Shown piece after piece: positions 26,550-39,190 of a DNA stretch of 64,000 bases. Each line of letters begins with the position of its first letter. The first letter of the stretch is position 1. The DNA lies in contig NC_043016.1 in assembly GCF_006345805.1 (NCBI RefSeq), positions 13,516,001 through 13,580,000 on the forward strand, written 5' to 3'. A program made the position numbers and the translations under genes. The stretch is from Octopus sinensis. Lineage: Eukaryota. The notes below the pieces were generated by a model. That model searched no databases, had not been told where the DNA came from, and was given only the letters and a program-made list of their open reading frames with translations.

Positions 26550-26592
<43 letters not shown>

Positions 26593-26954
26593 TTTGTTTG
26601 TATGTTTGTTTATTTTTAAAGATAGCATTATTATTTGCTTGGAATTTAGCTTATATTTCTAGCGTGTCGAGCAACTACGCGTGACACTCTCATTTGGCTG
26701 CCGTCTTGTGTGGGCGGTAATTAGTTTTATAAATGAGATCTTGCCGTCTGTTGGTCACAATTAGCACAATAAATAGATAATGAGACGGTATAATTAGGAG
26801 CAGAGGAGTTCAAATTGTGGTGGAGAGATTTTTGTCTCGACGCTAAACAATTATAGATTTCATTGTTAAATTCGTTGATGTCTGAGTAAATGGATACCGA
26901 ACACGGTTTACTCGGCGATCCTTGACGTAACATAAATATTGACAAGAAACCTTT

Positions 26955-28225
26955 ACACACATACATGCATGAAGGCATGCATACATAAATACATTCATAC
27001 ATACATACATACATACATACATACATACATACATACATACATACATACATTCATACATACATACATACATACATACATACATTCATACATACATTCATAC
27101 ATACATACATTCATACATACATTCATACATACATACATACATACATTCATACATACATACATACATACATACATACATTCATACATACATACATACATAC
27201 ATACATACATTCATACATACATTCATACATACATACATTCATACATACATACATACATTCATACATACATACATACATACATTCATACATACATACATTC
27301 ATACATACATACATACATACATACATACATTCATACATACATTCATACATACATACATACATACATACATACATACATTCATACATACATACATACATAC
27401 ATACATACATTCATACATACATTCATACATACATACATTCATACATACATACATACATACATACATACATTCATACATACATACATACATACATACATAC
27501 ATTCATACATACATTCATACATACATACATACATACATACATACATACATACATACATTCATACATACATACATTCATACATACATACATACATACATAC
27601 ATACATTCATACATACATACATACATACATACATACATTCATACATACATTCATACATACATACATACATACATACATACATACATTCATACATACATTC
27701 ATACATACATACATTCATACATACATACATACATACATACATACATTCATACATACATACATCATACATACATACATACATACATTCATACATACATACA
27801 TTCATACATACATACATACATACATACATTCATACATACATACATACATACATACATTCATACATACATACATACATACATACATTCATACATACATACA
27901 TTCATACATACATACATACATACATACATACATTCATACATACATACATACATTCATACATACATTCATACATACATTCATACATACATACATACATTCA
28001 TACATACATTCATACATACATACATACATACATACATACATACATACATACATAGACACATACATACTTACATACATACATATGCATGCACACATACATA
28101 CATACATACATACATACATACATACATACATACATACATACATTCATACATACATACATACATACATACATACATAAATACACACATGCATACATACATA
28201 CAGACAGACAGACAGACAGACAGAC
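26955..28225. repeat. (CATA)n/(CATT) tetranucleotide array, about 1.25 kb, ending in (CAGA)n
   Basis: Directly visible. Confidence 0.97.
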
Positions 28226-28289
28226 CGACATAAGCCCCAAAACAGCTGGGCTCTCTTACTTCAGAGAAGACCCGGATGGAAAGCACTCA

Positions 28290-28500
28290 CCATACAAATA
28301 AAAAGGACTATGCATGGGTATGTTGTTGGGAACCTTGAAGACGACAGTAGAATTGGCACGAAGCACAGCCTCTCTTGGACACAAGACCACTACATCACAT
28401 CACACTTTGAAGGTTATGCATTTGCAATCCAGGAACAGGAGATGGTCCCAAAGTACCTGGTGAATAAGAGAGACAGTGATGCTCTTGTAATAAGTTTCCA
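28290..28500 (+). mobile_element. Non-LTR retrotransposon remnant, probably RLE-type (R4/Dong-like) C-terminal region
   Basis: ITSHFEGYAFAIQEQEMVPKYLVNKRD resembles the ETEGF--AIQDQ-I-T--Y block that precedes the CCHC motif in such elements. Confidence 0.5.
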
Positions 28501-29126
28501 CGAGTGCTATGCATATGGCTTGATTGCATGCAGCAAGGTCTCTCAGGAAAAAGATTTTGTTTGTTTTTTTGTTGTAATGCAACAAGCCTCCAATATTTAG
28601 TAAAAATATTAGTGTGACAACTGTGCTGGTATTAGGGTTGGCCATCTCATATCTGTTAATTGTGGTGGTCTTGCGCAATAATTGGCAAGGTTCTGTGTTT
28701 GCACTTGATGTAGCCAGGTCAGACCTGCACAATCTTTTGCACCATGCACAAAAAGAGACTCTTGCTTAGGTGCTGCCTTGTGCATAACACCTGAAGAGTG
28801 CACTGCATCTGCATACTTACTCTTTGGAGACAATTGGTGCCTCTCCTCTGGGAAGTATTTCTCCTTAAGATCCCTACGGTTTTGCTGGAGTCTTAGGTGA
28901 GCAAACCAGCAGTTTCTACAATCTTCTCCATTCCAACATTTGCCTTGCAGGTAAAATTTGCATGTTCTTGTCTTTACTCCGAATATTTTCTCTCATCTAG
29001 AGTTGGAGATTCCATTGAAGCCACCATATTTGAGTTGTATGTATATATATATGGGGGAGGGGTGTATGTGTGTGTGTATGTATATATACATACATACATA
29101 TATATATTATATATATATATATATAT

Positions 29127-29268
<142 letters not shown>

Positions 29269-29269
29269 A

Positions 29270-29516
29270 ATATTAGTGAATAAATCCAAATTTACAGGGA
29301 AAAATCAGATTTAGGATTAAATCCAATTTTATAGTAAAATATTATATAATATTAATTAGAGACAAAACCACTATTTTGCAAAACAAACAAGGAAAGACTT
29401 AATCAATACATAAAATTTTAATAAAAATTTTTTACTTTTTTTACTTTTTATTAAAATTTTATGTATTGATTAAGTCTTTCCTTGTTTGTTTTGCAAAATA
29501 GTGGTTTTGTCTCTAA

Positions 29517-29530
<14 letters not shown>
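29270..29530. mobile_element. Second PLE-type fold-back, same family as 11470-11862, centre (hammerheads) absent
   Basis: Arms ~29340-29425 / ~29445-29530 match the arms of the 11.5-kb palindrome; the centre is a T-rich spacer. Confidence 0.85.
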
Positions 29531-29550
<20 letters not shown>

Positions 29551-29551
<1 letters not shown>

Positions 29552-29973
29552 CTAAGTAATTAAGGGTTTAGCAACGAATTGCCTCACCAACACACCGAAT
29601 TTAGAAATAGCAGTCAAAGAGATATAGCTATTCCTTCTACTAAAAGGGGGATCTCAGTAAATACTACAATTATTCATAATTGTAGTATCCTGCGCCGATG
29701 AGAGAAGAAGTACGGGTAAAGTAGAATTTTCTAATTCTTACGCTATCCTAAAACTTGATCTCGAAACGTACGTCCGTAGGTAACGTAAAATTGCATGATG
29801 GATTGCCGTCATTTCATTCTTTCTTTCTTACCTGTCTGTGTTTGCCTTTCGAGTGCTGTGTTTTTACTGAGATCCCCCTTTTAGTAGAAGGAATAGCTAT
29901 ATCTCTTTGACTGCTATTTCTAAATTCGGTGTGTTGGTGAGGCAATTCGTTGCTAAACCCTTAATTACTTAGT
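29551..29973. mobile_element. Element with perfect 111-bp inverted repeats (29551-29661 / 29863-29973) enclosing a hammerhead-like motif
   Basis: Arms read as exact reverse complements; the right arm continues into PLE-like tail sequence to about 30070. Confidence 0.85.
29689..29779 (+). ncRNA. Degenerate type I hammerhead motif with long stem II insertion
   Basis: Stem I CCUGCG/CGUAGG (6 bp), core CCGAUG (U4C, A9 missing), stem II GAGA/UCUC, GAAA, palindromic ACGUACGU stem III, GUC triplet. Confidence 0.5.
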
Positions 29974-30114
29974 ATTACTTAAATTTTCCTCGAATGGGGC
30001 TTTTACATGCTGAAATCTACTTGGTGTAATTGATAATTATCCCTAATTAATTAATTTCACCTTTTATTATTACTGATAACCATATTTATATATATATATA
30101 TATATGTATATATA

Positions 30115-30570
30115 TGATGGACAGTCCTGTCGGTTTCAACATATGAGGCTCCGACGAAGTACTCTTTCTTTGTCAGTCATAATGCTTATGTCGAATGTGA
30201 CATTTAAGTCCTGCCAACGTTTTACAAAGAAGGCCACAGATCCTGCAAGTATGAGGATCACAGGTCAGTGCAGGTGGTATATTGCAGCCTTGCACCCCCA
30301 AAGCCTGTTAATGCCAGTTGCAACAAAGTTCCTAATACCATTTTGGCACAACAATCCCCATTTTGTCCATTCCAAGGCTGTTCACTCAAAGGTGTTGTGA
30401 GCAATCTTCATCTCTAAGAGGTTACTCTTCAGCTTGTCCTTATATCTGAGCCATGATCAACCAATATTCCTGTGTCCACTCTCAGGCTGGCTGTACATGA
30501 GGACTTTAGGTATTCTTTCGTCCCTCATTCTGATGACATGGCCTTGAAATATATATATTGTATGCAGAAG
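30115..30570 (-). mobile_element. RTE-clade LINE 3' ORF fragment (duplicated at about 31143-31598)
   Basis: GHVIRMRDERIPKVLMYSQPESGHRNIG-SWLRYKDKLK matches the RTE GHV-RM-D-R-PK...RYKD-LK motif. Confidence 0.8.
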
Positions 30571-30880
30571 TGAGCTGCTATCCTCTCTAGCAGATGAGGT
30601 GTCTAGTACTGAGGAGTGGCAGAAATAGCCCCAAACCAGGACTGGTCTACTAGTCCCGTTGCTAGGAGATGGTAGGGGTTCGCTTCCCTGCTCGCAATTT
30701 TATTGGATGTAGGTGTGCATCATTAACCAGCTAGAGGAAATATCCTCTTGGTGTTAAAAAATTGCAGCAGAGTCCGTTCAAACAGACAGCCATGTTAAAG
30801 TGGCTACGAATATTACTTGTCAGTACAACTACTGCATTAATCTCTTGGAGAGATTTTAGAACTAGCATTTTTGTTTGTTG
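30570..30880 (+). mobile_element. Probable RTE 5' UTR and start of the APE domain, head-to-head with the 3' fragment
   Basis: atgttaaagtggctacgaatatt resembles a frameshifted MLKVATWNIRT; the upstream GC-rich leader has HDV-like pairing. Confidence 0.45.
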
Positions 30881-32125
30881 ATATATATATATATTTTTTT
30901 TACTTGTTTCAGTCATTTTACTGTGGCCATGCTGGAGCACCGCCTTTAGTCGAGCAAATCGACCCCGGGACTTATTCTTTGTAAGCCCAGTACTTATTCT
31001 ATGGGTCTCTTTTGCTGAACCGCTAAGTGACGGGGATATAAACACACCAGTATCGGTTGTCAAGCAATGCTACGGGGACAAACACAGACACACAAACGCA
31101 TACATATATATATATATAATATATATATATATATTAGTATATATGATGGACAGTCCTGTCGGTTTCAACATATGAGGCTCCGACGAAGTACTCTTTCTTT
31201 GTCAGTCATAATGCTTATGTCGAATGTGACATTTAAGTCCTGCCAACGTTTTACAAGAAGGCCACAGATCCTGCAAGTATGAGGATCACAGGTCAGTGCA
31301 GGTGGTATATTGCAGCCTTGCACCCCCAAAGCCTGTTAATGCCAGTTGCAACAAAGTTCCTAATACCATTTTGGCACAACAATCCCCATTTTGTCCATTC
31401 CAAGGCTGTTCACTCAAAGGTGTTGTGAGCAATCTTCATCTCTAAGAGGTTACTCTTCAGCTTGTCCTTATATCTGAGCCATGATCAACCAATATTCCTG
31501 TGTCCACTCTCAGGCTGGCTGTACATGAGGACTTTAGGTATTCTTTCGTCCCTCATTCTGATGACATGGCCTTGAAATATATATATTGTATGCAGAAGTG
31601 AGCTGCTATCCTCTCTAGCAGATGAGGTGTCTAGTACTGAGGAGTGGCAGAAATAGCCCCAAACCAGGACTGGTCTACTAGTCCCGTTGCTAGGAGATGG
31701 TAGGGGTTCGCTTCCCTGCTCGCAATTTTATTGGATGTAGGTGTGCATCATTAACCAGCTAGAGGAAATATCCTCTTGGTGTTAAAAAATTGCAGCAGAG
31801 TCCGTTCAAACAGACAGCCATGTTAAAGTGGCTACGAATATTACTTGTCAGTACAACTACTGCATTAATCTCTTGGAGAGATTTTAGAACTAGCATTTTT
31901 GTTTGTGATATATATATATATTTTTTTTACTTGTTTCAGTCATTTTACTGTGGCCATGCTGGAGCACCGCCTTTAGTCGAGCAAATCGACCCCGGGACTT
32001 ATTCTTTGTAAGCCCAGTACTTATTCTATGGGTCTCTTTTGCTGAACCGCTAAGTGACGGGGATATAAACACACCAGTATCGGTTGTCAAGCAATGCTAC
32101 GGGGACAAACACAGACACACAAACG

Positions 32126-32173
<48 letters not shown>

Positions 32174-33371
32174 TATACGACAGGCTTCTTTCAGTTTCCG
32201 TCTACCAAATCCACTCACAAGGCTTTGGTCAGCCCGGAGCTATAGCAGAAGACACTTGCCCAAGATGCCACGCAGTGGGACTGAACCCGGAACCACGTGG
32301 TTGGTTAGCAAGCCACTTACCACACAGCCACTCCTGCGCCATATATATATATATATATATATGTGTGTATATATGAAAAAGGCTTTAGAATATATACAAA
32401 TCAAAAGTTATAGTTTAAAAATAAAGGTAGAAACAGCACAAAAGTATGTTAAAAGATTGTTTTATATTTGTTATATGGAATGACTTTTATAAAATATTCC
32501 TGGTTTCGATGTGTTTGTCCATCTTCAAAAAGAAACCAATACCATGTTTGAGGAAAAATTACTTTCTGACTACAAATCAATGCTCAATCAGGGTAGACCA
32601 AGAAAAAAACTACATGGACAATAATTCCCTTTGCTAAACATTTAAGGACAATCTTTATAAAAATCTATTAGAAAGATTATTAATAAAAACTTTAAAAACA
32701 CTAGATGCACAAAAATATTTAATAATATACATATCAGATTAAGAATTGAAAGTTAAAAATTAGGGAAAAAGAAACAAACTTGGAAATTAAAAACAATTTG
32801 TTGTCATATTTGGAGCATAGTTAAAGAATGTGTGAAATTCAATCTTAGTGGCTCTTCTTATACATGATAACTGTGTAGGGGTCTGGAATGGGGTTCAAGA
32901 GGTCAAGCTTAAGGAATTCTATTGAAGGGAAAAGAATGCTTCTGAATAGAATAGCAAGTTCCTATTCAGGATATGCTCAGGTATGTGTGTGTGTGTTTTG
33001 GTGGGTGGGTGTATACAGTTTCAGGGAAGGAAATATTTGAGTCAAAACAGAAAATGGCCAACTGTGTGTATATATTGTGTTAAAGGGATTTCAGCAAGGG
33101 TCAAGAATTTATTGAATTAAAAGACAAATTTCTTTTCTATTGAGATCATTGTCAGCTGTGTGTGCAAATATTGTGTTAAGAGGATTTCAAAGATAATCCT
33201 TGAAAAAGTTTGAAAGGAATTTTCGTTTGTTGCGTGTGTGTGTGTGTGTGTGGTGTGTGTGTGTGTGTGTGTGTAGCTGTGTGGTAAGAAGCTTACTTCC
33301 CAACTACATGGTTCCGGGTTCAATCCCACTTGGGCAAGTGTCTTCTACTATAAATGTCCGTCGTATATATG

Positions 33372-33418
<47 letters not shown>

Positions 33419-33709
33419 ATGTGTGTCTATCTTTGTGTTCGTATTTGTCCCCCTAACACCACTTGACATCCGTAATTTTGGCGTTCGGCAATACAGAATT
33501 TTGATCGAACGATTAAATATCAGACAAATTTCTTTCAGTTTCCTTTTCCCAAATTCACTCACAAGGGTTTGATTTTCTCGAGGCTATAGTAGGAGACACC
33601 TACCCAAGATACCCCGCAGTGGGACTGAACACGGAACCATGTGATTGGGAAGCAAACTGAATTTTTAAAATTTTTTTTTTGTTAGTTTGCTCTTTTTAAC
33701 AAAATTTAG

Positions 33710-33886
33710 TGTACTCAAATTTGGATTCAATGTTTGACAAGAATGGAACACAAGCTGGAGAGAACGACAGCATAGCGCTGATGGACGACGAAATGTGTCC
33801 GAAATGCCGATTCCTGAAGTCATACAAACTCTGTCACATTAAAGACTATGAAAAGATGGAAAAGAATTGGTGTTTTCTGTAATAAA
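33710..33886 (+). other. Candidate terminal coding exon: (x)YSNLDSMFDKNGTQAGENDSIALMDDEMCPKCRFLKSYKLCHIKDYEKMEKNWCFL* with AATAAA overlapping the stop
   Basis: Long pyrimidine tract and tttag| acceptor, GC/purine-rich open frame, TAA 33880-33882, AATAAA 33881-33886; no family recognised. Confidence 0.35.
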
Positions 33887-34357
33887 CGAAAACCGTAATG
33901 AAGGGAGTTAACTCGAAGAAAAAAAATATTCGTTAATACCTCTGTAAAAAAAAAGAAAAGAAAAATAAGTGAATTATCTATCAAGAATTTTGGTCGACAT
34001 TAACCAGTAATTATTTCCTTTCGACGTAAATTTGTCGATATTTCGCTTTTTGTGTCTGTTTTCTTCTCTCTATGCCCAAATTTTCTCTTCTCTGTTTATC
34101 CGAAAAAAATCAAGAAGACAGTTACCTCCCTTCCCATCCAGCTCCTTTTATAAATCCAGTCATTTCATACTTTTTACAGAAATGTGTAGCTTTTGAAAAT
34201 TGAATCCTTACCGTATAACTAATGATAATTTCGTAAAACTTCAGGAATATTACGATTAATTAGCAATCTTTTTAATCATGAAATATTTTTGTCCAACATA
34301 AAAATACCAGTTTCTTACGCACCTTTTAAAAGTATGAGTCTCTTTTTTTATACATTA

Positions 34358-34870
34358 CTAGCAGTATCGCCCGGCGTTGCTCGGGTTTGTAAGGGAAATA
34401 ACTATATAAGCATTTTTAGATAGTTACTTCCCTTATAGATGCCAATTCGGGCTTTCTTAGCCATTTCTGTTTTGGTGTCTTCAAGCCATGAAGTCGTTGT
34501 TCTAAAAGAACGCTGGTCTCCTTGACAACGCTTTACGACGTTGATTTCCTTACACTCCCTTCCCCACAGCTTCACGAGGGAGGGAAGAAGGGGGAGAAGC
34601 AAACAGGTGCAGGTGTGACCATGGACGCCAACTCCGCCGCCATCGACACACGAAAAATTATGCATTAAAATGGAATAAAAAATTATGTTAAATTATTTTT
34701 AAAATCGTAGACTCATCGTAGACGCACGCTAATACCCAGAAGGACTCGATATGAATCACGACTATAAGATACCAGAATTTGGTTAAACTGCACCGCAAAA
34801 TGTGAGAGTAGTTAGGAATCTAAATCGAAGGGGACAGACACTCACACAACTACAGTTTTATATATATAGA
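34358..34870 (-). mobile_element. Non-autonomous Helitron, 513 bp
   Basis: 5' TCTATATATATAAAA, 3' hairpin CCCGAGCAACGCCGGG then CTAG, inserted at A|T, no TSD. Confidence 0.9.
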
Positions 34871-35027
34871 TTTACATTCGACGGATATTTGTCCTCATCT
34901 TGTTTGTTACTAACACAACGTTTCGGCTGATATACCCTCCAGCCTTCATCAGCTGTCTTGGAGAAATTTCGAACCTAGGTTCGCATTCCTAAGATGTTTT
35001 TCGATGTTGTTGTTGTTGTTGTTGTTA

Positions 35028-35069
<42 letters not shown>

Positions 35070-35167
35070 TATTATTATTATTATATTATTATTATTATTC
35101 AGGTTATTGCCTGGAAATGAACTCGGAATTTTGGGGTTAGTAGCCCGTGCTCTTAACTACTATGTCC
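34871..35167 (-). mobile_element. tRNA-headed SINE with (AAT)n middle and hammerhead-bearing tail (left arm of fold-back)
   Basis: Minus strand: head ...gtagttaagagcacgggctactaacccc...gagttcatttcc, (AAT)n, then gacagCTGATGAaggctg...cagccGAAACGTTgtgtt (34912-34957). Confidence 0.75.
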
Positions 35168-35170
35168 ACG

Positions 35171-35257
35171 GGCATATGGTGTTGTGATTAAGAGCGTGGG
35201 CTACTAACCCCAAAATTCCGAATTGGATTCCAGGCAGTGACCTGAATGATGATGATG

Positions 35258-35352
<95 letters not shown>

Positions 35353-35356
35353 GATA

Positions 35357-35418
<62 letters not shown>

Positions 35419-35605
35419 TAATAATAATAATAATAATGATAATAATAACAATGACAATAATAACAACATCGAAAAATACCTTAGGAATGCGAACCCAGGT
35501 TCGAAATTTCCGCCAAGACAGCTGATGAAGGCTGGAGGATATATCAACCGAAACGTTGTGTTAACAACAAACAAGATGAGGACAAATATCCGTCGAATGT
35601 AATAA
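35171..35605 (+). mobile_element. tRNA-headed SINE with (AAT)n middle and hammerhead-bearing tail (right arm of fold-back)
   Basis: A-box-like tggtgttgtgattaa, B-box-like attggattcc, (AAT)n, CTGATGA 35522-35528, GAAA 35550-35553. Confidence 0.75.
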
Positions 35606-37442
35606 ATTGCCATTAAAAAATTGGATTATCTCCCCATCGAGTTTATAAGGCGACAAGAGATTGGATTAAAGTATAGATCCTTGGCCTCCTGTTATAAAAA
35701 TGTTATTAGATTCAATAAGATGTTTAATCTTTTCAGTTTTCCTGTTTATTAATCTTTTCTTTTTTTTTTATTGAAGGTTAAACAATTTTTTAGTTGGGGG
35801 AGATAACCAAAAGTACCGATATTTTCATAAAGCGGGCGGAGCGGGGAGATAATCCAATATTTTAATGGGGTGAGATAACCAAAAAGTGCTCGAAATTTAT
35901 GTCAATGGAATTTGAATTTAACGACTCTGCAAATTCACCCCTTGAATGAAGACAATGCAATTTTATTGGCACTTAATGACTGTGAGAGGAACATAACACG
36001 AAAATATATCTGCATTGAAATATGCATTTAGTTGCAAAGAAATCTCAATTTTAAGGAAGTAAAGGGAGATAATTCAATATTTAGTTAAAAGAAGTTTGGT
36101 CCCTTGCCTGAATTGAACCCTTTTTATTTAAAAGAAAATGTGTAACTTGAGAAAATGTAATAATTGAATATCATTATATATTAAACTTTATGATTTTAAG
36201 TAAAATGTATTTTATGCAATTACCTGTGGAATCTTTCTGCAAATGTTCAAATCTTTTAATGTTGATTACAAAAATTACAGTAAACTTTCGAAAGCACCAA
36301 ACAAGGAGTCACCTTCACAAACTCTATCTGAATCAAAGTCTTACATACTTGCACCAAATGCATGCAAGAATCAGCTTAAATAACTGCACAAGGGCTTGCT
36401 GTTCTTCTTCATGATCTCTGAATATTGCCATCATCATCATCATCATCGAGTTACCCAAATACGGGCAACCTTGAACAACTGAAGTGCCATTATTCTGAAT
36501 TTTCAATGATCTATATAGTTTCGCTTTTTTTATATACATTTATAGTGTGAATAAAGAGTATAATAGAAATAATTAAATAAATAAATAAATAAGAGACAAG
36601 CAATATGAGGGAAATTACTTTATTAGCTGCTAAGTACAAATTAAGTAATTTGGTACTAAATTTTTAAAAGTTGCAGAAGCAGACCATAATTAAAACACAG
36701 TAACACGTTGCCAGCACTTTCTTTTAAACATTGATGATTTTCAAATATGCTTTTTGACTAGAGTTTCATTTTTCTGAATACCTCAATTTCGAGAATTTCC
36801 TGTGCACATGCACATGCTTGTGTGTGTGTGTGCACGCACGAGTGTTTGTATGTGTACATAAATACACAAATATTAACCAAAGAGACAGTGAAGTCCCAAG
36901 ATGCGGCCAAAGTCGTTAATTATTTTTTATCTCTTTGGACTCTGGTCATGCTGCAGCACCTCCTTTGAAGGGTTTCATTCAAATAAACCAATGCCAGTAC
37001 TAGTGGTGTTTTTTGTTGTTTTTTAAGTTTGGTTCTCATTCAATCAGCCCCTTTTACTGAACCACTAAGTTACAGGGATGTAAACAAACCAATACCATTT
37101 GTCAAGCAGTGGTGTGGGCAAAACTCAGACACGAAGACACATATACATACATATACACATACATACATACATACACACACATACATACATACATAACTTC
37201 TATCATACATAACTAGGGTTTTTCTAAGGGTAGCTCTTCCTTGCCAATCCATAATTTCCTGTCCTAAACGCACGTTTTTCACAGCTTACCTTACCATTGA
37301 AGTCTCCCATAATCAGTAAGATGTCAGTTGATTTCATTTCTTTTAGTGCAGAGTTGATTATTTGACAAAAACTCTTCCACTTTTTCACCAGATTATGCAG
37401 CAGTGGGTATATAGATGTATAAAATGGTTGTATTAAAAGACT

Positions 37443-38218
37443 GTGTCAATATAAAGATCTTCACCCATGAACAAAAAAAAAATAAATAAATAAACCAGCC
37501 TGCTGGGTGTTAATGAGTATGTAGAAAATGAATATGAAAAAAAGTTTGCACTAACGACCCGGGGGCGGGGAGACTTTTGGAAAATTCACAAGATCCGATC
37601 TTTTCATCATAACTTTCGGTAAAATAGATATATATATTGATTTTTTTTTTTATAGAATCCCATGTTTTTGGTTATAGAGGATTCAATTCTGAAAAAAAAA
37701 TTTTAAAATCACATTTTCAAAATTTCAAATTTTTAATGAAAAACTCTGACCCAAATTTCCACAAACCCCTCCACCCACCCACATGGAGTTCGATGCTACT
37801 GCCCTCTTTGAGTTTCTTGCTTAGATTTTTTTTTTCATTTTGAGAATTGTAATCTTCGTATTTTTCTTCGCATTTCGCAAAAGAATTTCCAGAAAAAGCG
37901 AAAATGAGGTTATAAGAGAGGGGTGAAATTTTGAAAATGCAACTTTTGAAATTTTTGTTTTCAGAATCAGATCCTCCATATCCAAAAATGTGGGATTCCA
38001 TAAAGAAAAAAAATCAATATAAAACCATTTTACCAAAAGTTATGATGGAAAAATCAGATCTTGTGAATTTTCCAAAAATCCTCTCACCACCCCTACCCAC
38101 CCCAGGATCGTTAGCACAAAGTTTCTTTTTCATACTTGTTTTCTACATACTTGTTAACACCTAGCAGGCTGTTTTTTTGTTTTTTTTTGTTCACAGGTGA
38201 AGATCTTTATTTTGACCA
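37443..38218. mobile_element. Old fold-back/MITE with ~290-bp diverged inverted arms
   Basis: tgtcaatataaagatcttcacc...catttt-caaaatttca is matched on the opposite strand at 37925-38218. Confidence 0.7.
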
Positions 38219-38229
38219 AAGACTTTGCT

Positions 38230-38393
38230 CTTATTTTCTACAACATGATTCTTTTATTTTCAGGCCTGCATCCTAGGACAAGTTTTCTTTATCTTTTTAT
38301 GTTTCAAAAAAATCCTACTTCATGTCCATATTTTTTGTCTCCTGCATGTAGGATGTCATAATATTCTGTCTTGATGTAGCTATCTTTTACCCA

Positions 38394-38431
<38 letters not shown>

Positions 38432-39190
38432 ATCTCTCTCTCTCTCTCTCTATGCCTGATAATATTTGCTTTTAGGGCTCAACTTTCCTGGATTAATTGC
38501 ATAGTTTTCCTTCCTGATTCAAAGTTCTGACATTCCATGCACCTATTCTAAGACTCTGTTTACAAGAATTTCTCAAAACAATATCCGCTCTGTTGGATTT
38601 AAGCCATCTTCATCATAACAACCATCCTTACTCTGTTGTCGAGGTGTCTCTTTCCTGTGATTTTGAATAAGATCATCCACAGGGGTCCCAGATTATCTTA
38701 TATTACTTATTGCTTCTATTTGGATCATCATTGGCATTTCTTTGGGATTGTACATGATGGATTCCCAATTCCTTTGATGATGATTGGCCTTCACTTCCAT
38801 TGACCTATTTGGCTCTTTTGCAATCTCCACCATTCCAAGTTTCATGTACTTAGGGACAGATATTCCCACCCTCCAGGAAAGCCCTTGTGTTCACTCACAT
38901 AATTTCACTGGTCAGTCAAAACCGTGAACCAGGATGTGGCTTCTACCATATATGGAGCCATATATCAACTAGATGCAGGAGTAACAACCAAACAAGATTC
39001 TGGTCAACCGCTAAAAAGAAGTGACTTCCTCTCACCATGTGATGATATCCCACCCCTTTCATTTTGCACCCTTATAGATCTTTTCAATGATATCTGCAAC
39101 TCTGGACACCTCCCTGAAGACAGCGAACAGAATGGTTTTATTCTTAAGGATAAATTTTCTTCAGTACATCATAAACTATGCTAAAGCACC
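38230..39190. mobile_element. Scattered RTE-like LINE fragments (APE start on minus near 38460-38560; RT-proximal piece on plus near 39070-39150)
   Basis: Minus LRIGAWNVRTL; plus DLFNDICNSGHLPED. Confidence 0.5.

Larger units (their letters stand above)
30111..32165. repeat. Tandem duplication, 2 x ~1.03 kb, bounded by (TA)n; the unit contains RTE LINE fragments and a SINE A 3' half
   Basis: 30111-31135 and 31140-32165 are near-identical apart from small indels. Confidence 0.95.

Noticed and set aside
34402-34665. 87-aa ORF duplicated at 57767-58030
   Set aside because: It lies inside the two Helitron copies and has no recognisable domain; the identity reflects element identity.
35171-35240. 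tRNA gene
   Set aside because: Degenerate boxes, no full cloverleaf or T-run terminator, and it continues into a SINE body; the same holds for all other SINE heads.
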